Assembly (NCBI GenBank): GCA_950097015.1
Contig: CATNEN010000038.1
Coordinates: 28,272,001 to 28,336,000 of the forward strand
From: Macrostomum hystrix
Taxonomy: Eukaryota > Animalia > Platyhelminthes
Direction of reading: 5' to 3'
Length of the DNA: 64,000 bases
Shown here piece by piece: positions 35,748-50,759 of the stretch. Position 1 is the first letter of the stretch; each line of letters starts with the position of its first letter. The position numbers were made by a program, and so were the translations under genes. Under the pieces are notes generated by a model, which saw only the letters and a program-made list of their open reading frames with translations, was not told where the DNA came from and did not search any database.

Positions 35748-36705
35748 AAGTGATTCTTAAGTAACGGAAGTGTGATTCTTAAGTAACGGAAGTGTGATTC
35801 TTAAGTAACGGAAGTGTGATTCTTAAGTAACGGAAGTGTGATTCTTAAGTAACGGAAGTGTGATTCTTAAGTAACGGAAGTGTGATTCTTAAGTAACGGA
35901 AGTGTGATTCTTAAGTAACGGAAGTGTGATTCTTAAGTAACGGAACTGTGATTCTTAAGTAACGGAAGTGTGATTCTTAAGTAACGGAACTGTGATTATT
36001 AAGTAACGGAAGTGTGATTCTAGAGTAACGGAAGTGTGATTCTTAAGTAACGAAAGTGTGATTCTTAAGTAACGGAAGTGTGATTCTTAAGTAACGGAAG
36101 TGTGATTCTTAAGTAACGGAAGTGTGATTATTAAGTAACGGAAGTGTGATTCTAGAGTAACGGAAGTGTGATTCTTAAGTAACGGAAGTGTGATTCTTAA
36201 GTAACGGAAGTGTGATTCTTAAGTAACGGAACTGTGATTATTAAGTAACGGAACTGTGATTCTAGAGTAACGGAAGTGTGATTCTTAAGTAACGGAAGTG
36301 TGATTCTTAAGTAACGGAAGTGTGATTCTTAAGTAACGGAAGTGTGATTCTTAAGTAACGGAAGTGTGATTCTAGAGTAACGGAAGTGTGATTCTTAAGT
36401 AACGGAAGTGTGATTCTTAAGTAACGGAAGTGTGATTCTTAAGTAACGGAAGTGTGATTCTTAAGTAACGGAAGTGTGATTCTTAAGTAACGGAAGTGTG
36501 ATTCTTAAGTAACGGAAGTGTGATTCTAGAGTAACGGAAGCTGGAATCTTCAAGTAACGTAAGCTTGAATCTTTAAGTAACGGAAGCTTGAATCTTTAAG
36601 TAACGGAAGCTTAAATAGTTAAGTAACGGAAGCTTGAATCTTTAAGTAACGGAAGCTTGAATCGTCAAGTAACGGAAGCTTGAATCTTTAAGTAACGGAA
36701 GCCTA
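35748..36705. repeat. 22-bp minisatellite
   Basis: Unit GTGATTCTTAAGTAACGGAAGT. Confidence 0.95.
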
Positions 36706-37509
36706 AATAAAAATACTAATGGAGGCTTAAATCTAAAGATGAAATTAACGGACGTTTTTTTCTAAACCAACGTGAATTATCGTTACTTTATTATTATGTA
36801 TCGAAGTCTAAATTGATTAGCGAACGGAAGTGCTTGTTGTTGGGACTGAAACAGCTCCAAGAGAAATGTTGTCTATTCCTTTCGGTCCGCTTGTCAATTG
36901 AATTAAACCCGCATAGCTAGCTCGGTGTGCATTAATGCTAAGCTATACTCTGGCATTAATTCGTGGAGGATGAAATTTACTAAGGAGTATCTGAGTCAAA
37001 GACAGAGCATCTGAAGGCCCCAACCGGCGCGTGCGATGAAAGCGAAGGCTCGAATTTTGAGAAGCTGGGAGATAAAAAATTAGCATAACTATGCAAAGTC
37101 TGTCACGGGAGCCGAGAAGACTAAGGGAGGTGGGTAGAAGCAAGGGGCCACACACACAGTGAGAAGTTCCTGCTGACAAAAATCTTCAGGAAACAGGGAG
37201 GGTAGAAATCTGATGCAGAGCTGCTGCTGTGCGGGGCAGCAGTAGCTTTTTTCTTAGAAATCGAATCAGAGGTTTGCCCCGCGTAGCGTTTCCGCGGCAC
37301 AATGTACCACCACGATTTTCAGAGCTTCAATTCTGTCACCGGGCCCGAAAAAAATAGCTTTCTTTAGTGAGATTTGTAATCAGGAAAACTCAAATTGTAA
37401 AATTTAGTAGGCATTTTCCACAAGTCACACTTTTATGGATTAAGTTATGAATCTTTTTTAACATCCTCCTTGGGATTCTTTCGCTGAATTATATGGGGAT
37501 TTTGCTTAA

Positions 37510-38235
37510 CTGGGATATTGCTCGAACGGGACATTGCTCAAATGGGACATTGCTCAAATGGGACATTGCTCGAACGGGACATTGCTCAAATGGGACATTG
37601 CTCAAATGGGACATTGCTCAAATGGGACATTGCTCAAATGGGACATTGCTCAAACCGGGATATTGTTCAACCAGGGATGTCGCTAAAATTGGGAACCTGC
37701 TCAAATAGGGGATATTGCTCAAACAGTGGATATTGCTCAAATAGGGGATAATGCTCAAACAGTGGATATTGCTCAAATAGGGGATATTGCTCAAATAGGG
37801 GATAATGCTCAAATAGGGGATGTTTCCCAAACAGTGGATATTGCTCAAATAGGGGATAATGCTCAAACAGTGGATATTGCTCAAATAGGGGATATTGCTC
37901 AAATAGGGGATAATGCTCAAATAGGGGATGTTTCCCAAATAGGGGATATTGCTTAAATAGGAGATATTGCTCAAGCAGGGGATATTGCTCAAATAGGGGA
38001 TAATGCTCAAATAGGGGATGTTTCCCAAATAGGGGATATTGCTTAAATAGGGGATATTGCTCAAATAGGGGATAATGCTTAAATAGGGGATGTTTCCCAA
38101 ATAAGGATATTGCTCAAATAGGGGATGTTTCCCAAATAGGGGATGTTTCCCAAGCAGGGGATATTGCTTAAATAGGGATATTTCTCAAATAGGGAGCATT
38201 GCTCAAATAAGGGGTATTGCTCAAATAGGGGATAA
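37510..38235. repeat. 17/18-bp minisatellite
   Basis: Unit AAATAGGGGATATTGCTC. Confidence 0.9.
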
Positions 38236-38476
38236 TTGCCTAAATGGTTATATCGCTATAAGATGGGGATGTTGTTCGATTAGTATAATGCTATGATCAA
38301 TATGAGAACATTTTAGATTAATGTCAGTTCTAGTAAAATGACAAATTATAATCTAAATTCAGTTTAATCTCCAAATCAGTGGCTGAAACGCAGGTTTCGG
38401 CCGCAGTCAAGGTTTCCAATTTTAGTCACGCAAGGAATGGAGAGAAAAAGTTTCTTACAAGTCTTATTCTGCCACT

Positions 38477-38511
<35 letters not shown>

Positions 38512-39120
38512 CAGTACTTTTGTGTCAGCTTGATATCTGATAAGGCAATGCGATTCACTCACTGTTCACAAAGCAGCAGGAAGTGTTGGGAATCGACCGA
38601 ATGAAAGAAATACAACGGGATGAAAATGATGGAGACTCAAAGATGGCTTGTTTGTCTATCTAAAGCATGCCGTTTTTTATCCTTCCAGCATTAGTTATAC
38701 GATGTGTTTACCCCTAGTATGGTCCTATTATTCTGGATTTTGTGTGATAACAGATCCTAGATTATGTGTGGAAGTTTACCACGATTTTGATTGTCATCTG
38801 GTTTATATAACGTTAGCTTCATATTTATAAAGGCTACAGAGCTATCTAGGCCATAGACAGTTTAGCTTCCTCATAATCTAGGCCAAAGACAGTTTAGTAT
38901 CCTCATTATCTAGGCCATAGAAAGTTTAGTATCCTCATTATCTAGGCCAAAGACAGTTTAGTATCCTCATTATCTAGGCCATAGACAATTTGCCTCCTCA
39001 CAATCTAGGCCATAGACTGTTTAGCTTCCTTATAATCTATATGATTGATTAAGCACTTGAAATTATTTTATCAAGCGTTATTTTTCCTTAACCAAACCCA
39101 ACAACTTCCAACGCTGACAC

Positions 39121-39366
39121 TTGGTTCGAGCGAATCAGCATGATGGTGATCCTGTTAAATTGTGTCACACTCGGCATGTACCAGCCGTGCCACGATGAGC
39201 TGTGCACCCAGGCGCGCTGTCAAATGCTCACCGGCTTTGATCACGCAGTGTTCGCCTTCTTCGCCTGGGAGATGTTTGTAAAAGTCATGGCTATGGGATT
39301 CTGCGGACGACTCGGCTATATGGGAGATTCCTGGAATCGGCTAGACTGCTTCATTGTCATTGCAGG
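39121..39366 (+). CDS. Cav3: Cav3 exon (IS1-IS3)
   Basis: [38 protein letters not shown]; GG|GTGAGT. Confidence 0.95.
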
Positions 39367-39406
39367 GTGAGTTAACGCTGCTCTAATTTGTTATTTAAAA
39401 CGGTTA

Positions 39407-40500
39407 AATAAGACTGTTAGATAAGACTGTTAGATAAGACTGTTAGATAAGACTGTTAGATAAGACTGTTAGATAAGACTGTTAGATAAGACTGTTAGAT
39501 AAGACTGTTAGATAAGACTGTTAGATAAGACTGTTAGATAAGACTGTTAGATAAGACTGTTAGATAAGACTGTTAGATAAGACTGTTAGATAAGACTGTT
39601 AGATAAGACTGTTAGATAAGACTGTTAGATAAGACTGTTAGATAATAAGATTTACCTGCTAGATGAGAAATCCTACATGTTAGATGATGAATCCTATTTG
39701 TTAGATAATGAATCCTAATTGTTAGATAACGAATTCTACCTGTTAGATAATAAATCCTACCTGTTAGATAATGAATCCTACCTGTTAGATAATGAATCCT
39801 ACCTGTTAGATAATGAATCCTACTTGTTAGATAATGAATCCTACCTGTTAGATAACGAATCATATTTGGTAGATAATGAATCCCACCTGTTAGATAATGA
39901 ATCCCACCTGTTAGATAATGAATCCTACCTGTTTGATAATGAATCCTACCTGTTAGATAATGAATCCTACCTGTTAGATAATGAATCCTACCTGTTAGAT
40001 AATGAATCCTACCTGCTAGATAATGAATCCTACCTGTTAGATAATGAATCCCACCTGTTAGATAATGAATCCTACCTGTTAGATAATGAATCCTACCTGT
40101 TAGATAACGAATCATATTTGGTAGATAATGAATCCTACCTGTTAGATAATGAATCCTACCTGTTAGATAACGAATCATATTTGGTAGATAATGAATCCTA
40201 CCTGTTAGATAATGAATCCTACCTGTTAGATAATGAATCCTACCTGTTAGATAATGAATCCTACCTGTTAGATAATGAATCCTACCTGTTAGATAATGAA
40301 TCCCACCTGTTAGATAATGAATCCCACCTGTTAGATAATGAATCCCACCTGTTAGATAATGAATCCCACCTGTTAGATAATGAATCCCACCTGTTAGATA
40401 ATGAATCCCACCTGTTAGATAATGAATCCCACCTGTTAGATAATGAATCCTACCTGTTAGTTAATGAATCCTACTTGTTAAATAAGGATTCTACCTGTCA
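39407..40500. repeat. 13-bp array grading into a 21-bp array
   Basis: GATAAGACTGTTA then GATAATGAATCCTACCTGTTA. Confidence 0.95.
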
Positions 40501-41299
40501 GATTAAGAGTGTATTGTTCATAAACATGAGACAGACAGTCGGATCAGAAGGTGTTTATCCCTATAACAGCGAGTTGCGCTCTTTCCGCACCAGATTTCTG
40601 AGAGTTACAACATAGACCCGCGCAAGCATTCTTTTGCGGTGGCTTTTTTGCTAAAAAAACGACAGACAGCTCGCCCAACCCAACTCCAAGATAGGCAAAG
40701 TTTCGACTGGCGGATAGTCAATGGGACACACAGAACGTAAAATCGAGTGGAAAATCTTATTTCGTCATTCTCATTCTAGGCTAAGATTATTCTGTACGCA
40801 TTTTTTGTGTCCAGTAATTTCATAAACCTTACTTTATTCACTTATCTCTTAGCGGTCGCCAGCTCATACTCTACCTGTGAGGCCTTGTCCGATAAACTGA
40901 GGATAATATTCCCATTTTTTTGTTTGCTTTATTATCCTCGGCTTGAGGACAAAGATTGATCAGTTGGAGTTAAGCTAGATAAGATAGCCCAAATGTACTT
41001 GAAGCGAATGTGCGATGTCTGAATTCCCCTTGGGAGTTATTTTTTCGCTCATTCTGCTTGCGCTGTGGATGGTTGGTGTGGGGGGGGTAAATTGCTTCGT
41101 TTTTCTCGCGAACAGGGCCGCTAAAAGATAAAGACGGATTACAGTATAATCCTGATAGAAGCTTGAGCTCCCATTTTGTCAGGTGAATTAGCTCCTATTG
41201 CATGTGATTTGCACTTTTAACTGATTATCGGATAATAGTTGCGATATCTATTCTGAGATCACCTATACGCAGTCCCAAAATTAACTGTGTACTCCGAAA

Positions 41300-41840
41300 C
41301 CTCCAGGGATACTTCAGTGTTCTATCAGAAAAACCTTCAGGGATATTTCACAGTTATATCTTCCAAAACCTTCAGGGATACTTCAGTGTTCAATCAGGAA
41401 AACCTTCAGGGATACTTCAGGGTTTAACAAGTAAAAAACTTCCGGGATACTTCACAGTTATATCTTCCAAAACCTTCAGGGATACTTCAGTGTTCTATCA
41501 GAAAAACCTTCAGGGATACTTCAGGATTCGATGAGAAATAACCTTCAGAGAAACTTCAGTGTTCTATGACAAAAAACCTTCAGGGATACTTCAGTGTTCT
41601 ATCAGAAAAACCTTCAGGGATACTTCAGGATTCGATGAGAAATAACCTTCAGAGAAACTTCAGTGTTCTATGACAAAACACCTTCAGGGATACTTCAGTG
41701 TTCTATGACAAAAAACCTTCAGGGAAACTTCAGTGTTCTATGACAAAAAACCTTCAGGGATACTTCAGTGTTCTATGACAAAAAACCTTCAGGGATACTT
41801 CAGTGTTCTATGACAAAAAACCTTCAGGATTCTTCAGTGT
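41300..41840. repeat. About 35-bp minisatellite
   Basis: Unit CCTTCAGGGATACTTCAGTGTTCTATGACAAAAAA. Confidence 0.85.
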
Positions 41841-41862
41841 TCTACCTGTCTCTCCATTCCAG

Positions 41863-42135
41863 CACTGTGGACTTCCTGCCGCAGACGAAAGATCTCAGCC
41901 TGACTGCAATACGCACAGTTCGCGTTCTGCGTCCTCTGAGAGCTATTAACAGAATTCCCAGCATGAGAATTCTTGTCATGCTGCTGCTGGACACCCTGCC
42001 AATGCTAGGCAATGTACTTTTGCTCTGCTTCTTCGTGTTCTTCATCTTCGGAATCGTGGGCGTCCAACTATGGAAGGGCCTGCTGCGCCACCGATGCTAC
42101 CTGGAGATTAACAGCACGCATCTGTCACATCCTGG
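41863..42135 (+). CDS. Cav3: Cav3 exon (IS4-IS5)
   Basis: [50 protein letters not shown]. Confidence 0.96.
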
Positions 42136-42139
42136 GTAA

Positions 42140-42740
42140 GACCTCTCTGCCCTTGTCTCCATTTCTCCCTCGCTCTCTTGCTACCCCTCCCTCTCTCCCT
42201 AACTCCCTCTCACTCTCCCTCGCTCCCTCTATCCCTCTCACCCTCTCACTCTCCCTCTCTCCCTCTCACTCTCCCTCTCTCCCTCCCACTCTCCCTCGCT
42301 CCCTCTCACTCTCCCTCTCTCCCTCTCTCTCCCTCTCCCTCTCTCCCTCTCGCTCCCTCCCTCTCACTCTCCCTCCCTCTCACTCTCTTCCTCTCACTCT
42401 CTCTCTCCCTCTCACTCTCCCTCCCTCTCACTCTCCCTCTCTCTCTTTCTCTCCCTCTCTTCCTCTCTCCCTCTCTCCCTCTCTCCCTCTCACTCTCTCC
42501 CTCCCTCTCACTCTCTACCTCTCACTCTCCCTCCCTCTCATTCTCTCCCTCTCACTCTCTCTCTTCCTCTCTCCCTCTCTCCCTCTCACTCTCCCTCTCT
42601 CCCTCTCTCCCTCTCACTCTCCCTCTCTCCCTTTCTCTTACTCTCTCCCTCTCTCTCCACCTATTTCCCTCTTTCCCTCTCTCCCTCTTTCTCTCTCTCT
42701 CCGTCTCTCCCTCTCTTCCTTTCTCTCCCTTTCACCCCCT
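42140..42740. repeat. CT-rich low-complexity tract
   Basis: (CTCTCC)n-like. Confidence 0.9.
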
Positions 42741-43639
42741 GTACTATCATTGCCCAAAGTAGAATTTAGTGCCAAATTTCGGCATTAAGCCGGTCTCTGT
42801 TTTTACAGTTGGTTGCTAACTGGCTGTTCGGTAGGGAGGTAATAAATTTATTAGCTCTTTTCGCCTAATTTGAGTTTGGGAATTTGGGAAAATTTCATTG
42901 CGTTCTCGCGTTTATATTAGAACTTTTAGTAATATGCAAGCATAGTAGTGGGTGAGATAAGGCTAGGGAATAAAGACAGACGCTTGAGTGGACTCATAGG
43001 CTGAGCAGACCTACTCAAGCATCCTACGCGCTAACCCCAGATAGAAAAGGGTCACGCTAAGGAATTTGGGCGGATAAAACTCAAATTTGGGATTGCCTTC
43101 CGACCCTATAACACCATCGAGAAATCCCCATTGAGTGGGGAAGTTCCTAAGTAGGTCATGAGAACCTACGATAAGAGCAGTCATCCAACTAAACCTCTAC
43201 TATGATTATTATCCGCTTGCCACTTCACTGAACGGCTAATTGGGGGGGGGGATGATTCTCCCATCTAAGAATAAGGGGTTACGAGATGGGGCACCAGATT
43301 GTCGTGTTGAGGAGATTTACTCAAAAAAGCTGGGCAATTTTCTAGGAAACAAATTAGAAATAAATCGAAGACAAGGATTTAAACGTTTTGGGTTAGATTC
43401 GCTAATGAGGCTTCCTGTACGCCATACCCGGTGAATATAATTTGTCTTTTGGTTGCTTGGCTTCGCAGAGAAGAAATGGGAACACAGCGTGCCTCTTCTT
43501 TCTAAGAATTTCAAAGAAAAAACCTGGGAATAACAGCGAGTAAGCGACTGACTGCAATTTGAATGTTATATACCTGTTTGAACACAGATTTTAGCACATC
43601 AATTGAATATAGGGTCCAGTTTTAAAGTCTGTAAGAAAC

Positions 43640-46600
43640 AGATAATCACACTTGTTAGACACAGATAATCATACTTGTTAGACACAGATCATCACACATG
43701 TTAGACACAGATCATCACACATGTTAGACACAGATCATCACACATGTTAGACACAGATAATCACACTTGTTAGAGACAGATTATCACACTTGTTAGACTC
43801 AGATTATCAAACTTGTTAGAGACAGATTATCACACATGTTAGACACAAATTATCACACTTGTTACACACAGATAATCACGCTTGTTAGACACAGATAATC
43901 ACACTTGTTAGACACAGATTATCACACATGTTAGACACAGATTATCACACATGTTAGACACAGATCATCACACTTGTTAGACACAGATAGCTCGTAATCA
44001 CACTTGTTAGACACAGATTATCACACATGTTAGACACAGATAATCACACATGTTAGACACAGATAATCACACATGTTAGACACAGATGATCACACATGTT
44101 AGAAACAGATCAGTACACATGTTAGACACAGATTATGACACATGTTAGACACAGATAATCACACATGTTAGACAAAGATTATCACACACGTTAGACTCAG
44201 ATAATCACACTTGTTAGAGACAGATTATCACACTTGTTAGACACAGATAATCACACTTGTTAGACACAAATAATCACACTTGTTAGACACAGATTATCAC
44301 ACATGTTAGACACAGATAATCACACATGTTAGACACAGATAATCACACATGTTAGACACAGATGATCACACATGTTAGAAACAGATCAGTACACATGTTA
44401 GACACAGATTATCACACATGTTAGACACAGATTATCACACATGTTAGACTCAGATTATCAAACTTGTTAGAGACAGATTATCACACTTGTTAGACTCAGA
44501 TTATCAAACTTGTTAGAGACAGATTATCACACATGTTAGACACACATTATCACACTTGTTACACACAGATAATCACACTTGTTAGACACAGATAATCACA
44601 CTTGTTAGACACAGATCATCACACTTGTTAGACACAGATAGCTCGTAATCACACTTGTTAGACACAGCTTATCACACATGTTAGACACAGATAATCACAC
44701 ATGTTAGACACAGATAATCACACATGTTAAACACAGATGATCACACATGTTAGAAACAGATCAGTACACATGTTAGACACAGATTATCACACATGTTAGA
44801 CACAGATAATCACACATGTTAGACAAAGATTATCACACACGTTAAACACAGATTATCACACTTGTTAGAGACAGATTATCACACTTGTTAGACACAGATA
44901 ATCACACTTGTTAGACACAAATAATCACACTTGTTAGACACAAATAATCACACTTGTTAGACACAGATAATCACACATGTTAGACACAGATAATCACACA
45001 TGTTAGACACAGATAATCACACATGTTAGACACAGATGATCACACATGTTAGAAACAGTTCAGTACACATGTTAGACACAGATTATCACACATGTTAGAC
45101 ACAGATTATCACACATGTTAGAAACAGATTATCACACTTGTTAGACACAGATTATCACACTTGTTAGAGACAGATTATCACACTTGTTAGACACAGATAA
45201 TCACACATGTTAGACAAAAATAATCACACATGTTAGAAACAGATTATCACACTTGTTAGACACAGATTATCACACTTGTTAGAGACAGATTATCACACTT
45301 GTTAGACACAGATAATCACACTTGTTAGACACAAATAATCACACTTGTTAGACACAAATAATCACACTTGTTAGACACAGATCATCACACATGTTAGACA
45401 CAGATCATCACACTTGTTAGACACAGATCATCACACTTGTTAGACACAGATAGCTCGTAATCACACTTGTTAGACACAGATTATCACACATGTTAGACAC
45501 AGATAATCACACATGTTAGACACAGATAATCACACATGTTAGACACAGATGATCACACATGTTAGAAACAGATCAGTACACATGTTAGACACAGATTATC
45601 ACACATGTTAGACACAGATAATCACACATGTTAGACAAAGATTATCACACACGTTAGACTCAGATAATCACACTTGTTAGAGACAGATTATCACACTTGT
45701 TAGACACAGATAATCACACTTGTTAGACACAAATAATCACACTTGTTAGACACAGATTATCACACATGTTAGACACAGATAATCACACATGTTAGACACA
45801 GATAATCACACATGTTAGACACAGATGATCACACATGTTAGAAACAGATCAGTACACATGTTAGACACAGATTATCACACATGTTAGACACAGATTATCA
45901 CACATGTTAGACTCAGATTATCAAACTTGTTAGAGACAGATTATCACACTTGTTAGACTCAGATTATCAAACTTGTTAGAGACAGATTATCACACATGTT
46001 AGACACACATTATCACACTTGTTACACACAGATAATCACACTTGTTAGACACAGATAATCACACTTGTTAGACACAGATCATCACACTTGTTAGACACAG
46101 ATAGCTCGTAATCACACTTGTTAGACACAGCTTATCACACATGTTAGACACAGATAATCACACATGTTAGACACAGATAATCACACATGTTAAACACAGA
46201 TGATCACACATGTTAGAAACAGATCAGTACACATGTTAGACACAGATTATCACACATGTTAGACTCAGATTATCAAACTTGTTAGAGACAGATTATCACA
46301 CTTGTTAGACTCAGATTATCAAACTTGTTAGAGACAGATTATCACACATGTTAGACACACATTATCACACTTGTTACACACAGATAATCACACTTGTTAG
46401 ACACAGATAATCACACTTGTTAGACACAGATCATCACACTTGTTAGACACAGATAGCTCGTAATCACACTTGTTAGACACAGCTTATCACACATGTTAGA
46501 CACAGATAATCACACATGTTAGACACAGATAATCACACATGTTAAACACAGATGATCACACATGTTAGAAACAGATCAGTACACATGTTAGACACAGATT

Positions 46601-49600
46601 ATCACACATGTTAGACACAGATAATCACACATGTTAGACAAAGATTATCACACACGTTAAACACAGATTATCACACTTGTTAGAGACAGATTATCACACT
46701 TGTTAGACACAGATAATCACACTTGTTAGACACAAATAATCACACTTGTTAGACACAAATAATCACACTTGTTAGACACAGATAATCACACATGTTAGAC
46801 ACAGATAATCACACATGTTAGACACAGATAATCACACATGTTAGACACAGATGATCACACATGTTAGAAACAGTTCAGTACACATGTTAGACACAGATTA
46901 TCACACATGTTAGACACAGATTATCACACATGTTAGAAACAGATTATCACACTTGTTAGACACAGATTATCACACTTGTTAGAGACAGATTATCACACTT
47001 GTTAGACACAGATAATCACACATGTTAGACAAAAATAATCACACATGTTAGAAACAGATTATCACACTTGTTAGACACAGATTATCACACTTGTTAGAGA
47101 CAGATTATCACACTTGTTAGACACAGATAATCACACTTGTTAGACACAAATAATCACACTTGTTAGACACAAATAATCACACTTGTTAGACACAGATCAT
47201 CACACATGTTAGACACAGATCATCACACTTGTTAGACACAGATCATCACACTTGTTAGACACAGATAGCTCGTAATCACACTTGTTAGACACAGATTATC
47301 ACACATGTTAGACACAGATAATCACACATGTTAGACACAGATAATCACACATGTTAGACACAGATGATCACACATGTTAGAAACAGATCAGTACACATGT
47401 TAGACACAGATTATCACACATGTTAGACACAGATAATCACACATGTTAGACAAAGATTATCACACACGTTAGACTCAGATAATCACACTTGTTAGAGACA
47501 GATTATCACACTTGTTAGACACAGATAATCACACTTGTTAGACACAAATAATCACACTTGTTAGACACAGATTATCACACATGTTAGACACAGATAATCA
47601 CACATGTTAGACACAGATAATCACACATGTTAGACACAGATGATCACACATGTTAGAAACAGATCAGTACACATGTTAGACACAGATTATCACACATGTT
47701 AGACACAGATTATCACACATGTTAGACTCAGATTATCAAACTTGTTAGAGACAGATTATCACACTTGTTAGACTCAGATTATCAAACTTGTTAGAGACAG
47801 ATTATCACACATGTTAGACACACATTATCACACTTGTTACACACAGATAATCACACTTGTTAGACACAGATAATCACACTTGTTAGACACAGATCATCAC
47901 ACTTGTTAGACACAGATAGCTCGTAATCACACTTGTTAGACACAGCTTATCACACATGTTAGACACAGATAATCACACATGTTAGACACAGATAATCACA
48001 CATGTTAAACACAGATGATCACACATGTTAGAAACAGATCAGTACACATGTTAGACACAGATTATCACACATGTTAGACACAGATAATCACACATGTTAG
48101 ACAAAGATTATCACACACGTTAAACACAGATTATCACACTTGTTAGAGACAGATTATCACACTTGTTAGACACAGATAATCACACTTGTTAGACACAAAT
48201 AATCACACTTGTTAGACACAAATAATCACACTTGTTAGACACAGATAATCACACATGTTAGACACAGATAATCACACATGTTAGACACAGATAATCACAC
48301 ATGTTAGACACAGATGATCACACATGTTAGAAACAGTTCAGTACACATGTTAGACACAGATTATCACACATGTTAGACACAGATTATCACACATGTTAGA
48401 AACAGATTATCACACTTGTTAGACACAGATTATCACACTTGTTAGAGACAGATTATCACACTTGTTAGACACAGATAATCACACATGTTAGACAAAAATA
48501 ATCACACATGTTAGAAACAGATTATCACACTTGTTAGACACAGATTATCACACTTGTTAGAGACAGATTATCACACTTGTTAGACACAGATAATCACACT
48601 TGTTAGACACAAATAATCACACTTGTTAGACACAAATAATCACACTTGTTAGACACAGATCATCACACATGTTAGACACAGATCATCACACTTGTTAGAC
48701 ACAGATTATCACACATGTTAGACACAGATCATCACACTTGTTAGACACAGATCATCACACATGTTAGACACAGATCATCACACATGTTAGACACAGATCA
48801 TCACACATGTTAGACACAGATCATCACACACGTTAGACACAGATCATCACACTTGTTAGACACAGATAATCACACATGTTAGACACAGATTATCACACAT
48901 GTTAGACACAGATAATCACACTTGTTAGACACAGATTATCACACATGTTAGACACAGATTATCACACATGTTAGAAACAGATCAGTACACATGTTAGACA
49001 CAGATTATCACACATGTTAGACACAGATCATCACACATGTTAGACACAGATAATCACACATGTTAGACAAAGATTATCACACACGTTAGACACAGATTAT
49101 CACACTTGTTAGACACAGATTATCACACATGTTAGACACAGATTATCACACATGTTAGACACAGATCATCACACATGTTAGACACAGATAATCACACATG
49201 TTAGACAAAGATTATCACACACGTTAGACACAGATAATCACACTTGTTAGACACAGATTATCACACATGTTAGACACAGATTATCACACATGTTAGAAAC
49301 AGATCAGTACACATGTTAGACACAGATTATCACACATGTTAGACACAGATCATCACACATGTTAGACACAGATAATCACACATGTTAGACAAAGATTATC
49401 ACACACGTTAGACACAGATTATCACACTTGTTAGACACAGATTATCACACATGTTAGACACAGATTATCACACATGTTAGACACAGATAATCACACTTGT
49501 TAGACACAGATTATCACACATGTTAGACACAGATTATCACACATGTTAGAAACAGATCAGTACACATGTTAGACACAGATTATCACACATGTTAGACACA

Positions 49601-49740
49601 TATCATCACACATGTTAGACACAGATCATCACACATGTTAGACACATATCATCACACATGTTAGACACAGATCATCACACATGTTAGACACAGATCATCA
49701 CACATGTTAGACACAGATCATCACACATGTTAGACGCAGA
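43640..49740. repeat. 6.1-kb 23-bp minisatellite with higher-order repeats
   Basis: Unit GTTAGACACAGATWATCACACWT. Confidence 0.96.
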
Positions 49741-50160
49741 TCTTGTACACTAGGTCTAATTCAAATTATTTAACTATCTTGCCGTCCTAGCCGAATACTT
49801 TATTTTCCTTTTACACTTTTACTCCTTCTTGTCCTCCCCCAAAGCAGAATCAATAGACTATTCGATTTCTGTCTACATAGCACAGTAAGCGAATGGTTGG
49901 TGACCCGATTTCACTCGTGCAAATTGCTGCTAGTCGGAGTAACTTCCCAATTCAGGTCTCGCATTTCCGCTACACGCTGCAGATGCCACAGCTTTTCCTG
50001 CTATTTTTTTCTTGCTTCGGGGCACTCAGAAAGCATCGGAGTTAAGGTTGACAACTTTCACCCCCTGTCACAGTCCCCATCCATCAAATCGTTGAGCACA
50101 ACGAACTCATCACCTCCTCTCATCCTCTCTAACGTACTTGTGTTGTTGTTATCTATTCCA

Positions 50161-50562
<402 letters not shown>

Positions 50563-50759
50563 AAGAAGAGAAGTCTGAAGTAATATGAAAAAAGCCAGAA
50601 CTACTAAAATTTCAGTAATCGTACAGTCACCAAACAACTAATCACCAGCAATCGAAATTCGTGGTGATGTTAAGCATTTGTTAAGTAGCACACTAATCCA
50701 TCTTTGCTGTGACATCTCTACAATGCGCTTTTATGTAAAGATTCGGGCTTATCTTGTCT

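Larger units (their letters stand above)
34019..39120 (+). other. U12-type AT-AC intron
   Basis: ATATCCTTTT donor, TTCCTTAAC branch site 39084-39092, AC acceptor; splicing restores PWFERIS. Confidence 0.93.
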
